A stretch of DNA of 62,249 nucleotides from Nitrososphaera sp. (GCA_036519825.1 DATDKS010000134.1:1-62249), one strand, 5' to 3'; numbered from the stretch's first letter, positions 46,215 to 56,627 are shown. The notes: a model not told the origin generated them from the sequence alone. Program-made: numbers and translations.

Positions 46215-48965
46215 TTACCTTGCTACCTCTTCAGCCAGCAGCAGTGCTTCCTTTATCCTGTCTTTTGACTTGCCTCCACCCTGCCCAAAGCGATTATCTC
46301 CGCCACCGGAGCCACCTAGCTTGCTGGATACCTGCCTTGCAATTACGCTGGCTTTGACTTTGTTGCACGCAGCTTCACCGGCGAACACGATAACCCTAAT
46401 GCCTGGACCCTTTGACAGAAGGGCAAGATAGATTAGGTCTTTGTCAAGCTCGATTGCTTTCTCTCCTATTGCAATATGGTAATCGTCATCAAGCTCTTCA
46501 TCATACGTGGTATACAAGTGGATACCTGAGTCAAGCTTCTTTGCTTGCTCTGAAATACTCTTTGCTATCGGGACTGAGACAACCCTCAGTATAGCTCGTA
46601 GCTTCTTCCTTGCGGTTTCTGCATCTTCCATCGCCTTGTTGAATGACTCGATAACTTTTTCTCTGCTTGAGCCTAGTGTGTGAGAGATGGACGCAAGCTG
46701 GCTGTCTAGCTGCTGCATATAGCTGACAGCAGCCTCGCCTGCCACAAATTCTAGCCTGACTACACCGTCTTGGATTCGCTCAGATTTAACTATCTTGACT
46801 AGTCCGATTTCTCCTGTGCTATTCACGTGTGTTCCACCACAGGCTTCAATATCCCATCCATTGATATTGACTATTCTAACGTTGCTTGTAGGCACGATTC
46901 CGCCCTGATAGATGCGGAAGGAGAATTGCTGCTCGGCGTCTCCGCGATCATATGTCTTAATAATGACCGGATGATTTTCTCGAATTACCCAGTTTGCCAT
47001 ACGTTCGATCTTTTTTACTTCTTCTCTTGTAAGTGTGGAGTGGTGGGTGATATCAAGCCTGCCGTAGCTTTCTTCCTTGAATGCAGAGTTCTGCCAGACC
47101 CATGAGCCAAGTGTATTCCTAGAAGAGGAATTGAGGACATGGGTTGCAGTATGATGCTTGGTAATAAGATCACGCCGCGTTCCATTTACTGTTCCATGTA
47201 CTGTCTGTCCCTCCACAGGTATCCTGCCTCCACCTTCAATCTTGTGTACTATCACATCGGCCTGCTTTGTAACTTCTACTACCTTGATGCCTTCAATGTG
47301 TCCAGTGTCTGGCTCTTGTCCTCCGCCCCTTGCGTAAAAGGCAGTCTGGTCTAAAATAATATACTTGCCTCCCACCACCTTGAGCACCTTTGCATGAAAA
47401 TTGCGTATCGATTCGTCTTGGTAGTATAGCAATTTAGTGGGTGGCAGACCGTCCAGCCCAGGGATTGGTTTTGAAGCCAGGCTTGATAACTGACTTGTAT
47501 GCAGTTCCGCAAGTTTTGTATAAAATGTTGAAGGCACACTCTGGATAATTTCTTGCTCCATCAAAAAGTCTGGAGTTATGCCATCTGACTCATAAAGTCT
47601 AATAAGGTCATCAACCGTCAACACCTTCGTCTTTTTGGTTGATTTGATCGACATTGCCACAGAGTTCATGCGCTCACGCGAACTGGAGTATCTGCCTGCT
47701 TCAAGTTGAAGGATTGTCTTGACATCCTGCCTATGCTCTTCAAGTTCGGGATACATCTGCCTAAGGTAGTCGATGTGTAATTCGGCAATGTCTTCGACTC
47801 GGATGATGTTTTTCCAGCCAAGCCTTTCTAGTATTGAAAGCGCCCTCCGAAGGATCACCCTTAGATTGTAACCTCCCCCTACGTTTGACGGAAGCGCTCC
47901 GTCTGAAATCGCAAATACAAGCGTTCTGATGTGATCCGAAATCGTGTATATCGCCTCATAAGGTGCAACAAAAGCACTCAGCTCTGCCTCAGAGATTTTC
48001 ATCTCTTTTGCGATTAGCGATTTCAAATCGTGGATACTATTACTTCTGATACTATTGCTGCTAGTCGTGGTATCAAGCTTTAATGATATGGACTCAAAAT
48101 ACTTAGACAGTACTTCCTGATCCCTGTCAGTTCCTGTCATGTCTACTAGCTTGCCAACTATGGGTCCGAAGGAGCAGTCGTAGCTTGTGGGCGTACCCAT
48201 TGTTATCCATGAAAAGCGCTCAAGCCCAGCGCCCATGTCTATTATCTTATTTGGCATGACGCGGTAGTTGTTCTCATCACCTTCAAATTCGGTAAATACG
48301 GCGTTGCCCAGTTCGAGACCTCGGACGAAATATTCTAATGAGTATCCAAACGCGCCAGCTCCCATCCATACATCTTCGACAAACGTTATATCTTCGGCTT
48401 TAAGGCCAAGTCCATTTGTCAGCATGCCAAAATCCAGATCTATGCATTTATCTTTCCAGTAGCCGCCTGGAGCATCGGCATTACATGTTTGACCTATCAT
48501 GCAAAAGCCAGTATAATGCCTACCGCTCAGTCCAACATTTTCAATGTCATTGAATCGAAGGCACATCTGTGGAACTAGGAGTGGGTTTGCTGGTAGTTCA
48601 AAAACTACTTGACTACCGACTACTCGCTGAAAGTCAACGATTGATGCTATTGTGAAATACAGGTCTTCTCTCCAGCGGCATACCACAGGATAGCGCCTAA
48701 CTATCTCGTGGTCGTTTGAGCGGAAGAACTTCTCAGTCTCCTTCCACGCGTTGACGTAGTCTAGATGTTTGTTTGTCGGTGGCTTTCCGATGAAACTGTA
48801 ATTTTCATGATCCGGGCACGAGTCCCTAGCAAAGTCAAGTGTCCAGAAGTATTTTTCGCACTTGGCGCACTTTTTTCGCGTAAAGCCCATTTTGTCAAAA
48901 AGCGATACTTTGTAGTACCTGTCAGGATTAGATGAGAATAGCGCGGCGAGCTCCTTCTTTCCCAA
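46215..48965 (-). CDS. alaS: Alanyl-tRNA synthetase (archaeal type)
   Basis: CLRFNDI..VG..GRH, IDMGAGLER, DHIRT, GGGQEPD, HHTATH, CGGTH, GGSGGG. Confidence 0.96.
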   Translation of the reverse strand: MGKKELAALFSSNPDRYYKVSLFDKMGFTRKKCAKCEKYFWTLDFARDSCPDHENYSFIGKPPTNKHLDYVNAWKETEKFFRSNDHEIVRRYPVVCRWREDLYFTIASIVDFQRVVGSQVVFELPANPLLVPQMCLRFNDIENVGLSGRHYTGFCMIGQTCNADAPGGYWKDKCIDLDFGMLTNGLGLKAEDITFVEDVWMGAGAFGYSLEYFVRGLELGNAVFTEFEGDENNYRVMPNKIIDMGAGLERFSWITMGTPTSYDCSFGPIVGKLVDMTGTDRDQEVLSKYFESISLKLDTTTSSNSIRSNSIHDLKSLIAKEMKISEAELSAFVAPYEAIYTISDHIRTLVFAISDGALPSNVGGGYNLRVILRRALSILERLGWKNIIRVEDIAELHIDYLRQMYPELEEHRQDVKTILQLEAGRYSSSRERMNSVAMSIKSTKKTKVLTVDDLIRLYESDGITPDFLMEQEIIQSVPSTFYTKLAELHTSQLSSLASKPIPGLDGLPPTKLLYYQDESIRNFHAKVLKVVGGKYIILDQTAFYARGGGQEPDTGHIEGIKVVEVTKQADVIVHKIEGGGRIPVEGQTVHGTVNGTRRDLITKHHTATHVLNSSSRNTLGSWVWQNSAFKEESYGRLDITHHSTLTREEVKKIERMANWVIRENHPVIIKTYDRGDAEQQFSFRIYQGGIVPTSNVRIVNINGWDIEACGGTHVNSTGEIGLVKIVKSERIQDGVVRLEFVAGEAAVSYMQQLDSQLASISHTLGSSREKVIESFNKAMEDAETARKKLRAILRVVSVPIAKSISEQAKKLDSGIHLYTTYDEELDDDYHIAIGEKAIELDKDLIYLALLSKGPGIRVIVFAGEAACNKVKASVIARQVSSKLGGSGGGDNRFGQGGGKSKDRIKEALLLAEEVAR

Positions 48966-49050
48966 TGGCTGTTATCCTGTGTTAGACATCAAAATATATG
49001 TATTAATGCTTTCGTTGAAAAGAGAAAGAAAGAGGGAAAGAACATAGAGT

Positions 49051-49401
49051 TTAGGACCTAAGCGAATCCTCGATGAACTTTAGGTATCTCTCTTTTGGCG
49101 CTGCACCTATAGTCCTTGATATTTCCTTGCCGCCATTGAACAGCAAAAGTGAGGGAATCGATTGGATGTTGTACCTCGCTGCAATCTCCTGGTTCTCATC
49201 AACGTTTAGTTTGGCCACTTTAACTTTGCCAGCCAATATTTTGCCAACCTGTTCCACTGCAGGCCCCACCATTCTGCATGGACCGCACCATTCTGCCCAA
49301 AAGTCAACTAATACAGGTACATCTGACTTGAGCACTTCGGCGTCCCACCGTGGAGTAGTGACGCGGGTGACTATGTTATTATTGTCTATCTTGCTCTCCA
49401 T
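49051..49401 (-). CDS. trxA: Thioredoxin
   Basis: VDFWAEWCGPC, SIP. Confidence 0.95.
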   Translation of the reverse strand: MESKIDNNNIVTRVTTPRWDAEVLKSDVPVLVDFWAEWCGPCRMVGPAVEQVGKILAGKVKVAKLNVDENQEIAARYNIQSIPSLLLFNGGKEISRTIGAAPKERYLKFIEDSLRS

Positions 49402-49452
49402 ACTTACAAGTGGGAAGCAACGGTATTTTAATCCTATTGACGAAGGATGCCA

Positions 49453-49644
49453 CTATCCAAACCGGCCTCCCGTGCCAAATGTGACAAATTCCGCTATTAG
49501 CTTCATGACAAAAGCAATACCACCGACTGCAAGGAGGCCAAGTATGACTAGGCGCAGGTGTTGCAAATAGTCGTCCTTGCTTGTCTTCTTCGCTAGCCTG
49601 AGCGTCTGAAACATTTCTGTAACCCTGCGCTGTATAAGCGACAA
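49453..49644 (-). CDS. secE: Protein translocase SecE/Sec61-gamma
   Basis: TLRLAKK....DY......G...VGGIAF pattern, single TM, 63 aa. Confidence 0.8.
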   Translation of the reverse strand: MSLIQRRVTEMFQTLRLAKKTSKDDYLQHLRLVILGLLAVGGIAFVMKLIAEFVTFGTGGRFG

Positions 49645-49684
49645 TTCATATACTAAACGGTGGCTGCGTTATATAAAATATCTG

Positions 49685-50158
49685 TCAATACCTTGAAAGT
49701 GACGGATGGACCGTATAGAGGGGTTCTTTGTCGGTTCTCTGCATCTCAACGAATGTTTCTGTGTTTTGTATACCTTCAATCTTGCCAATGCGCGCAATGA
49801 CGACATTATGTAATTCCTCTAGCGTATGGGCGCTTATGCTTACTATCATGTCGAATCTACCTGTAACTTCAGAGAGCGATCTCACTTCTTGAATTTTCAT
49901 TAATTCTTCATGAATGGGTTCTTTCAACTTAGGATCGCGGTTTATTCCAACCGTTGCCTTGACATTTATCCCCAGCATGCTGTCGTTGACAATCACTGTG
50001 AAATTCTTAATCAAACTGCGTTTTGATAGGCGCTTTATCCTGCTGTAAAGGACGGAAGCATTAACGTTTAGCTTTTTGCTCAACCTTGGAACTGAAACGC
50101 TTGCGTCTTTGGTCAGTTCAGATAATATCCTCATATCGAGCTCGTCAAATCTCTGCAT
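49685..50158 (-). CDS. Lrp/AsnC family transcriptional regulator
   Basis: DELDMRIL..L..DA HTH; VTGRFD RAM domain; IEGIQNTET. Confidence 0.92.
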   Translation of the reverse strand: MQRFDELDMRILSELTKDASVSVPRLSKKLNVNASVLYSRIKRLSKRSLIKNFTVIVNDSMLGINVKATVGINRDPKLKEPIHEELMKIQEVRSLSEVTGRFDMIVSISAHTLEELHNVVIARIGKIEGIQNTETFVEMQRTDKEPLYTVHPSLSRY

Positions 50159-50343
50159 AGGCTTGTCTAACGTTATAGGACAGTGTTAATAAATGTAATT
50201 CTAACGGATTATGTAGCCAAAACTCAATTCCTTAGTTTGAAGACTAGGGGATCATGAAAAACTTATGATCCTTTAAACCATAACACATACAAAGAGTGGA
50301 GTCGAGATAACATTATATAATTTGGAATATGGGGTTTTAATGG

Positions 50344-50853
50344 ATGTTTAGCAGCAGGGGGGGAGGAATTAAGACAGGCCAATATGTGTTTGTAGTGCAA
50401 AAAGATGGAAGACACAACAAAATAATCATCGGTCGCATCAGATCGGTGAATGGTAGCAGAGTCCAGGTTGTTGGCACCTATGTCCGACCGCTGGGCCTAA
50501 TAGAGCGCATAGAATCAGGCAGAGCGGCCGGGCGACCAAGCGAAGTACTCAGCAACCCTGACCCCAACAACTGTATCTTTTTGCTGATCGACAGAGTTGA
50601 AACTGGCAAGTTCAACGAAGAGGTCGACCAAGCTAGCTCCCGGGTGCTATGGATAAACGAAAGCAGGTATCTTGTGCTTGATGGTTGGATTAAGGAGAAT
50701 TTGCCTGACATATTTGCGGCTGCCCTTTCAGCTGGCACGGAAGAATCAAGGGCTCATGCACGCCAGACGCTCATTGAAAAAATGGATTCGCTTTATGAGC
50801 ACGAACTGAAGGCGCATGTCTATGCCGTGGCAAGAAGTACTAAGATATTGTAA
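50344..50853 (+). CDS. Hypothetical protein
   Basis: 169-aa ORF with TATA-like TTATATAA ~25 nt upstream. Confidence 0.7.
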   Translation: MFSSRGGGIKTGQYVFVVQKDGRHNKIIIGRIRSVNGSRVQVVGTYVRPLGLIERIESGRAAGRPSEVLSNPDPNNCIFLLIDRVETGKFNEEVDQASSRVLWINESRYLVLDGWIKENLPDIFAAALSAGTEESRAHARQTLIEKMDSLYEHELKAHVYAVARSTKIL

Positions 50854-50921
50854 GAAGTAATAAACCTCTTGAGGAAATATAGTCAAGTGACCTGCTCACG
50901 TGCATACTAACCGACTGCAGC

Positions 50922-50998
50922 AAGAAGAAGAAGAAGAAGAAGAAGAAGATAATAAAAAAACTAAAAAATCCATCACATTGCCATTTCCATTTCCATTT
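50922..50998. repeat. (AAG)9 and (CCATTT)3 simple repeats
   Basis: (AAG)9 at 50922-50948; (CCATTT)3 at 50981-50998. Confidence 0.9.
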
Positions 50999-51138
50999 CA
51001 GCGGTGGTTGTTGTTATCCAACTGATTATTCTTATTATAATTACTCCTTTTTTTCCTTGTTTGGAGGGGCTTTAATTGGCACAAAAATTTGTTCTGCGAT
51101 CGCAAGACATAAGTTGCAGCTATATGCATATTTAATGC

Positions 51139-51429
51139 GTGTCATTTTTCGGTGACGCAAGCACTCCAAGTTATGATAAGAAAAAGTATGAGCACCTAAC
51201 ACTTGCTATCCGGCAGACCGTGCTTGAGCGTGCCCGCAACCGGTGCCAGAAGTGCAACACAAAGTTCAGTCCAAGCGTGCCGCCACAATTTGAGCACATT
51301 AATGGCTCTCTGAAGGACAACAGGCCTTCCAATCTACGCGCTCTTTGCTCTGAATGTTTCAAGTCGGTAGAGGATAAGGAAAAGAGCAGAAAGGGAATAT
51401 TTGGCAAGATGCGCAATATAATAGGCTAG
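51139..51429 (+). CDS. HNH-endonuclease-like zinc-binding protein
   Basis: R..VLER...RCQKC...EHI...N...NLRALCSEC. Confidence 0.75.
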   Translation: MSFFGDASTPSYDKKKYEHLTLAIRQTVLERARNRCQKCNTKFSPSVPPQFEHINGSLKDNRPSNLRALCSECFKSVEDKEKSRKGIFGKMRNIIG

Positions 51430-51468
51430 CAGCATAGTCTAAATTATCATCTGGACTGACGTTAGCAA

Positions 51469-51639
51469 ATGGGTATCATCTTAATGCAACTCATATGCGA
51501 TACCTGTGGGAAGGTCCTATTGGAAAAGCGTGGTGTGAGCGAAGAACGGTTTCCCATATCAAATGAAGAGGCAATGCAGCTCGACAAGGAGCACAGAGGT
51601 CACGAGTGCCATATTGAACCAGTTGAAAAGGAACCGTAA
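51469..51639 (+). CDS. Small (56 aa) putative zinc-binding protein
   Basis: Manual translation MGIILMQLICDTCGKVLLEKRGVSEERFPISNEEAMQLDKEHRGHECHIEPVEKEP*; not in the ORF track. Confidence 0.7.
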   Translation: MGIILMQLICDTCGKVLLEKRGVSEERFPISNEEAMQLDKEHRGHECHIEPVEKEP

Positions 51640-52161
51640 AATACAGCATTACTACGAATAATTCCGAGCAGGCATTTGAGCAATTGTTCGCATATATGTA
51701 TATAGAGATCTATCCTGTCCCGAAGAGGTCATACTAAGAAATATGCTCGACTCACTATCTCTACTCTGTTATCATTTACGATTCATGGTTCATCCGCCAA
51801 CCCGCATTCTCTTGAATTGTATCTTCATTACAAAAAAGGAGCACCACAATATCCTTGTAGGGTCTCTTGCTCAACCATATGCTGCTCTCTCTAAACGCGC
51901 AATATTCTATATATGCGTGGCTGATATTATACTAATTAGATGGATTGTCGAGCCCAGTTAAGCATCACAATATTTTGGATGTATGCAAGGTTCCACCTCT
52001 GTTAGTGGTATTTGTAACAAATGAGATATCTGGGTAATAACAAATGAATAATTTTGAACAGAAAAAGCAGCAGTGTCATAACGCCGTTTTTAGGTATACC
52101 CTACAATTAAGAATATGATTTATTTTACACCTTTCTTTTTATTAAAGTAGCGCGCAATCTT

Positions 52162-52641
52162 ATGGACATGGTGAGTAGCAAGCCTGCCTCTTGGTTCAGG
52201 GACTTTATCGGTGTAGGCTATCGCTACCATGACGTCTACATGAACATCATTCCACTCTTTGAGGATAAAATGCCTGCTTATCGGTTATGGAAAAAGACCA
52301 TCAATTGGTGGCCAGATGATGAAATAAAGGTTAGGTTTGTAGAGCAGAGCGACAGCTACTGGCTGATAATTTATGGCGGTTCCACGTATAAAGGTGACAA
52401 TATCGGCTTTGTGAAGAAGGTTCAAGTGTCTGACAATTACAACCGGTTTAAGGCAGGATATGAAAAGAGGGCAATTTTGCGTTTTGGAATATACAAAGAA
52501 AACCCAAAGAAAAAGGATGACCGGAAGTATGACCTTGAAATCTTAAAGAAATCAAAATCGATTTATGATATTGCATTTTTGAGGTACGAGGAGCTTTCGC
52601 TGGAAAGCATTGAAAGGCAGTGCATAGAGGAAAACAAATGA
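52162..52641 (+). CDS. Hypothetical protein
   Basis: 159-aa ORF; ATGA overlap with the next gene. Confidence 0.7.
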   Translation: MDMVSSKPASWFRDFIGVGYRYHDVYMNIIPLFEDKMPAYRLWKKTINWWPDDEIKVRFVEQSDSYWLIIYGGSTYKGDNIGFVKKVQVSDNYNRFKAGYEKRAILRFGIYKENPKKKDDRKYDLEILKKSKSIYDIAFLRYEELSLESIERQCIEENK

Positions 52642-53210
52642 AAAAAAAGTTCAGCTGCGTGCAAGGATGCTCTGACTGCTGTATTTTCAGAGAATACTAT
52701 CCCTCTGTTGAATATGGCAAGATAGGGGTGCTTGTCCTGCCTGAAGAGAAAGCTGCAATAGAGTGCCTTGCAAAGAACTTGGGCATAAGAATCAGGATAA
52801 TACCACGCCTTGCAGTTGGTAAAAAGTCGCCAGAGAGAATAATCGCATACCAGATGATGGGCAAAAATGACGATGGTGACCTTTGCCCGTTCCTTGAAGT
52901 TGAAAGTAAGGAAAGGTCTCCTCATGGTGGATTTAAATGCAAAATATACTCTGAGCGACCACTTGCATGCAAGGCCTATCCTGTCATAAATGTATTCAAC
53001 AATAAAGCTAGATTTGATCCTCATTGCCAGTTTTGCAAGAAATTCTCAACCAGCAAAGCTAGCAGCGAAGGCCTGCAGCAGGAAGTTGAAGCACTTGCCA
53101 AGATCAGAGCCAGTGTGACTGCAGATGATGATATTTCTATCTGGCGCTATGCAACTGCCACCGGCAAATCAAATGATTTGCTGCCGGAAGGCTGGATTCT
53201 CGAACGCTAG
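52638..53210 (+). CDS. YkgJ/CxxCxxCC family putative Zn/Fe-S cluster protein
   Basis: FSCVQGCSDCC, CPFL, CKIYSERPLACKAYP; start ATG 52638. Confidence 0.85.
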   Translation: MKKKFSCVQGCSDCCIFREYYPSVEYGKIGVLVLPEEKAAIECLAKNLGIRIRIIPRLAVGKKSPERIIAYQMMGKNDDGDLCPFLEVESKERSPHGGFKCKIYSERPLACKAYPVINVFNNKARFDPHCQFCKKFSTSKASSEGLQQEVEALAKIRASVTADDDISIWRYATATGKSNDLLPEGWILER

Positions 53211-53425
53211 TAGCCGTACTTTTGGTATAGCTTCTGCTCATTTTTTTTGACAAGAAGAATTCTGTTAGGCGGTATTAATGTAAAGTTTTCAGACAGCTTG
53301 AGAAATTCATTCAGCGGCACTTCTACAACATTTTCAAAGTCGCGATAGCTAACGGAGTAAAGCGATGCGTCATCGGCGTACAGCGCCTTGCTGAAAATCT
53401 CCTCCAACCTGCCTTTGCGAGTCAT
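53207..53425 (-). CDS. DUF504/MJ1316-like small protein
   Basis: Y.V.YRD...E......IP..RI pattern. Confidence 0.6.
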   Translation of the reverse strand: MTRKGRLEEIFSKALYADDASLYSVSYRDFENVVEVPLNEFLKLSENFTLIPPNRILLVKKNEQKLYQKYGY

Positions 53426-53476
53426 GAAATGTAATATTCATGCATATATTATATATTATGTTGAGCCACTTGCGAT

Positions 53477-53884
53477 ATGCCAAGAAAATCTTCTTCTTCT
53501 ACTGTCAGACGTAGAAGTACACCAAGAAGAGGAAAGCGCACCAATCCAGGCCGAACTACTAGTACCAATACTGCGAGGGGTAGCAGGAGGAATAATAGTA
53601 GTACGACCACTAGGAGAAGCAGCAGCCGCACCCGTAGTAGTGGTAGAAGCAGTAGCTCAGCCCTATCTGCAAGGACGAGAAAGGCAATAGACACGCTCCC
53701 ATCTCATGCTCAGAAAATATACACCAAGGCTCACAAAAATGCTCTAAAACAGTATACAAGCCCTTCAAAGAGACGCGGGGGTAAGCGTCAGAGCAAAGAG
53801 CAGGTTGCTCACAAAGTCGCATGGTCCGCTGTAAAAAAAGAATACAAGAAAAAAGGTGACAAGTGGGTGCCAAAAGAAGATTAG
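53477..53884 (+). CDS. chaB: ChaB family protein with Arg/Ser/Thr-rich N-terminal extension
   Basis: LPSHAQKIY..A...A..QY...AHKVAWSAVKKEY.K.GDKWV. Confidence 0.85.
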   Translation: MPRKSSSSTVRRRSTPRRGKRTNPGRTTSTNTARGSRRNNSSTTTRRSSSRTRSSGRSSSSALSARTRKAIDTLPSHAQKIYTKAHKNALKQYTSPSKRRGGKRQSKEQVAHKVAWSAVKKEYKKKGDKWVPKED

Positions 53885-54405
53885 TCTGGCTTGTAGTTGA
53901 TTAGTCCACCGGCCTCGACAATTTTTGCTATCAGCTCAGGAAATGGCTTCATCAAGTAATGATCATTCTTTGTAATGTTGGTTATCTTGTTCTCCTCTAT
54001 GTCTATTGCTAATTCATCTCCATCAGATATTTTCTTGACTGTTGATGCGTCGATCTCTATTGGGAGCAGGTAGCCTCCATCTACTGCGTTTCTGTAGAAT
54101 ATTCGTGCAAAGCTTTGTGCAAGGATTGCCTTGATCCCTGTCTGAGAAAGGGCTATTGGTGCGTGCTCGCGACTAGAGCCACAACCAAAGTTGTTGCCGG
54201 CCACGAGAAAGTCGCCCTGCGACACTTTATCTGGAAAGCTAGGGTCAATCCCCTCCATCGCGTGTTTTGCAAGTTCTTTGTGATCATGAATCTTCAGGTA
54301 AGGCCCTGGAATGATAACGTCTGTATCTATGTTGTCGCTGTCATACTTGTGGACTTTGCCTCTTATGCTCTTACTGCTGATGTTGATTTTGCTGCTGCCG
54401 CTCAA
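53881..54405 (-). CDS. leuD: 3-isopropylmalate dehydratase/homoaconitase small subunit
   Basis: NIDTDVIIPG, NFGCGSSREHA, SFARIFYRN, AGGL; substrate specificity (LeuD vs HacB) not resolved. Confidence 0.88.
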   Translation of the reverse strand: MSGSSKINISSKSIRGKVHKYDSDNIDTDVIIPGPYLKIHDHKELAKHAMEGIDPSFPDKVSQGDFLVAGNNFGCGSSREHAPIALSQTGIKAILAQSFARIFYRNAVDGGYLLPIEIDASTVKKISDGDELAIDIEENKITNITKNDHYLMKPFPELIAKIVEAGGLINYKPD

Positions 54406-55688
54406 TTTCTTACGTCCCGAGGATCTGTTATTCTGCCCGTAACTGCTGAAGCCGCGACAACTATTGGCGAAGCAAGATACGTCCTTGACTCAACATGGCC
54501 CATTCTACCCGGAAAATTCCGATTAGTGGTGCTGATGCACACCTCATCCTTGCCGAGCACACCCATGTGCGCACCACAGCAAGCACCACAGGTGGGAGGG
54601 CCCACAACTGCACCAGCTTCCATAAAGATGTTGATTAGTCCCTCTTTTAATGCCTTCATGTAAATTGACTGCGCCGCAGGCAGCACCTCTGTTCTTATCT
54701 TGACCTTCTTGTCCTTCAGGATTTCAGCTACTGCTCGAAGGTCTTCTAGCTTGGCGCCAGTACATGAACCAATGTATGCCTTATTAAGCTCCGTTCCCTG
54801 CAGATCCCTTGCCGCAGAAATATTACCGGGCGAAAACGGCTTGGCAACGGTAGGCTCGAGCTTTTCTATTTCGTACGTGAAAACTTCAGAATAGTGTGCG
54901 TCTTGGTCGCCGTGCACTGGGGAAAATTTTGTGTCTGTTCTTTCGCTCAAGTATGCATAGGTTGTTTCGTCTGGCTCAATGATACCGTTCTTTGCTCCTG
55001 CTTCCGTAGTCATATTGGTAAGAGTCAGGCGCTCTTCCATCGGCAGGTCTTTCATTATACTGCCTGCAAACTGCATCGCCTTGTAATTGGCACCATCCGT
55101 TCCAATATCCCCAATAATCTTTAATATAATGTCCTTTGCCATGATATGATCCGGCTTGATGCCGTCGATCTTGAAGAGCATTGTCTCTGGCACCTTGAAC
55201 CAGATCTCGCCCTTCATAAGCACATATGCTATATCGGTGTGTCCCAAGCCGGCAGCAAATGCACCTATGGCGCCAGTGGTGTTTGTATGCGAATCCCCTC
55301 CAACATAGACTTCGCCAGGGAGCACCAAGGCCTCTTCATGTGAAAGTGTATGACATATTCCATATTGACCGAGCCCGTACTTGAAATGTTTGCTGATGCC
55401 ATACTGTCTGGTAAAATTGGAAAGATTGTTAATATTCTCTGCTGAGATTCTGTCAGCCGACGGGACAAAATGATCCTCTGCGACCCATACTCTATCAGGA
55501 TCCCAGATTCGATTGAGCTTTAATCCTCTCTTCTTTTCCCATTCGCTAAACACCTTAATGACACCTGGGCCTGAAACATCATGTAACATGACCTTGTCCA
55601 CCTTGGCAAACATAACGTCGCCAGGTGACAACTTTTGCTTGCCTGATGCACGCGCAAGTATCTTTTCCGTAATTGTCATTCCCACCAA
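54402..55688 (-). CDS. leuC: 3-isopropylmalate dehydratase/homoaconitase large subunit
   Basis: TITEKIL, DHF, GICH, GDSHT, IGSCTG, CGACCG, TNRNFPGRMG; LeuC vs HacA not resolved. Confidence 0.9.
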   Translation of the reverse strand: MVGMTITEKILARASGKQKLSPGDVMFAKVDKVMLHDVSGPGVIKVFSEWEKKRGLKLNRIWDPDRVWVAEDHFVPSADRISAENINNLSNFTRQYGISKHFKYGLGQYGICHTLSHEEALVLPGEVYVGGDSHTNTTGAIGAFAAGLGHTDIAYVLMKGEIWFKVPETMLFKIDGIKPDHIMAKDIILKIIGDIGTDGANYKAMQFAGSIMKDLPMEERLTLTNMTTEAGAKNGIIEPDETTYAYLSERTDTKFSPVHGDQDAHYSEVFTYEIEKLEPTVAKPFSPGNISAARDLQGTELNKAYIGSCTGAKLEDLRAVAEILKDKKVKIRTEVLPAAQSIYMKALKEGLINIFMEAGAVVGPPTCGACCGAHMGVLGKDEVCISTTNRNFPGRMGHVESRTYLASPIVVAASAVTGRITDPRDVRN

Positions 55689-55777
55689 AACAATTCACGC
55701 AGTATAGATGAGAAGTTTTGTCTACATGACGGATTAAAACCTTTGGAGCCTGGACATAAAGCACAAAAGAGAGGGGC

Positions 55778-56560
55778 TTGCCTACAGAGATATACTGCTT
55801 GGTCGAGGTTTTGCCAATATCTATCAAAACTCAGAGAGGTAGGTTTGAGTTATTTGAGAGCCTGCAAGTATTTGGCTACAAACACAACGACATTGTAGTC
55901 ATCTCAAGCAAGTTTGTGTCAATGAGCGAAGGCTCTATAGTCAAACTCAGCAAAGTTAAGGTGGGGAAAAAGGCAAAAGATCTGGCGGCAAAATGTCACA
56001 TGGATGCCAAGCTAGCTGAGCTTGTGCTTAGAGAATCAGACTATGTAATGAGGAGAGCAGTGCCAGGCTTTTTGCTTTCTATTCGGGATGGCATGATCGC
56101 TCCAAACGCCGGCATTGACAAATCAAATGTTCCAAGGGGCTATGCAATACTGTATCCCCGTAATCCTTTTGAGATTGCAGAAAAGTTGAAGCTCAAATTT
56201 CTTGCCGAGCTTGGAATAAGAGTGGGTATCGTGATAGCAGACAGCAGGCTAATGCCAACTCGTATAGGGACAACAGGAGTTGCAATAGCATGTGCTGGCT
56301 TTGAGCCAGTCGAGGACCAAAGGGGGCGACGAGACTTGTTTGGCAATGTTCTAAGAGTCACGTTTAAGGCAGTTGCCGATGGACTTGCCACTATGGGTGT
56401 GGCAGTGATGGGGGAGGGCAATGAATCTACGCCAGCTGCCGTAGTGAGGGGGGCAAATGTGGTTTGGTCCAACAACAAGTTCTCATGGAAAGACATGGCT
56501 GTTGAGCCGTTTGAGGACATATATCTGCGCGGAGAATTCGGGCTTGCGGGTATCAGATGA
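55778..56560 (+). CDS. cofE: Coenzyme F420-0:gamma-glutamyl ligase
   Basis: SSKFVS.SEG, NAGIDKSN, IADS, DQRG..DLFG..L, AD.LA......MGE..E..P. Confidence 0.9.
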   Translation: MPTEIYCLVEVLPISIKTQRGRFELFESLQVFGYKHNDIVVISSKFVSMSEGSIVKLSKVKVGKKAKDLAAKCHMDAKLAELVLRESDYVMRRAVPGFLLSIRDGMIAPNAGIDKSNVPRGYAILYPRNPFEIAEKLKLKFLAELGIRVGIVIADSRLMPTRIGTTGVAIACAGFEPVEDQRGRRDLFGNVLRVTFKAVADGLATMGVAVMGEGNESTPAAVVRGANVVWSNNKFSWKDMAVEPFEDIYLRGEFGLAGIR

Positions 56561-56627
56561 TTGGTATTTAACAGACCTGCATAGGGTTTTAATATATCCT
56601 AACTTGTACTCAGAATACACAACCTAA

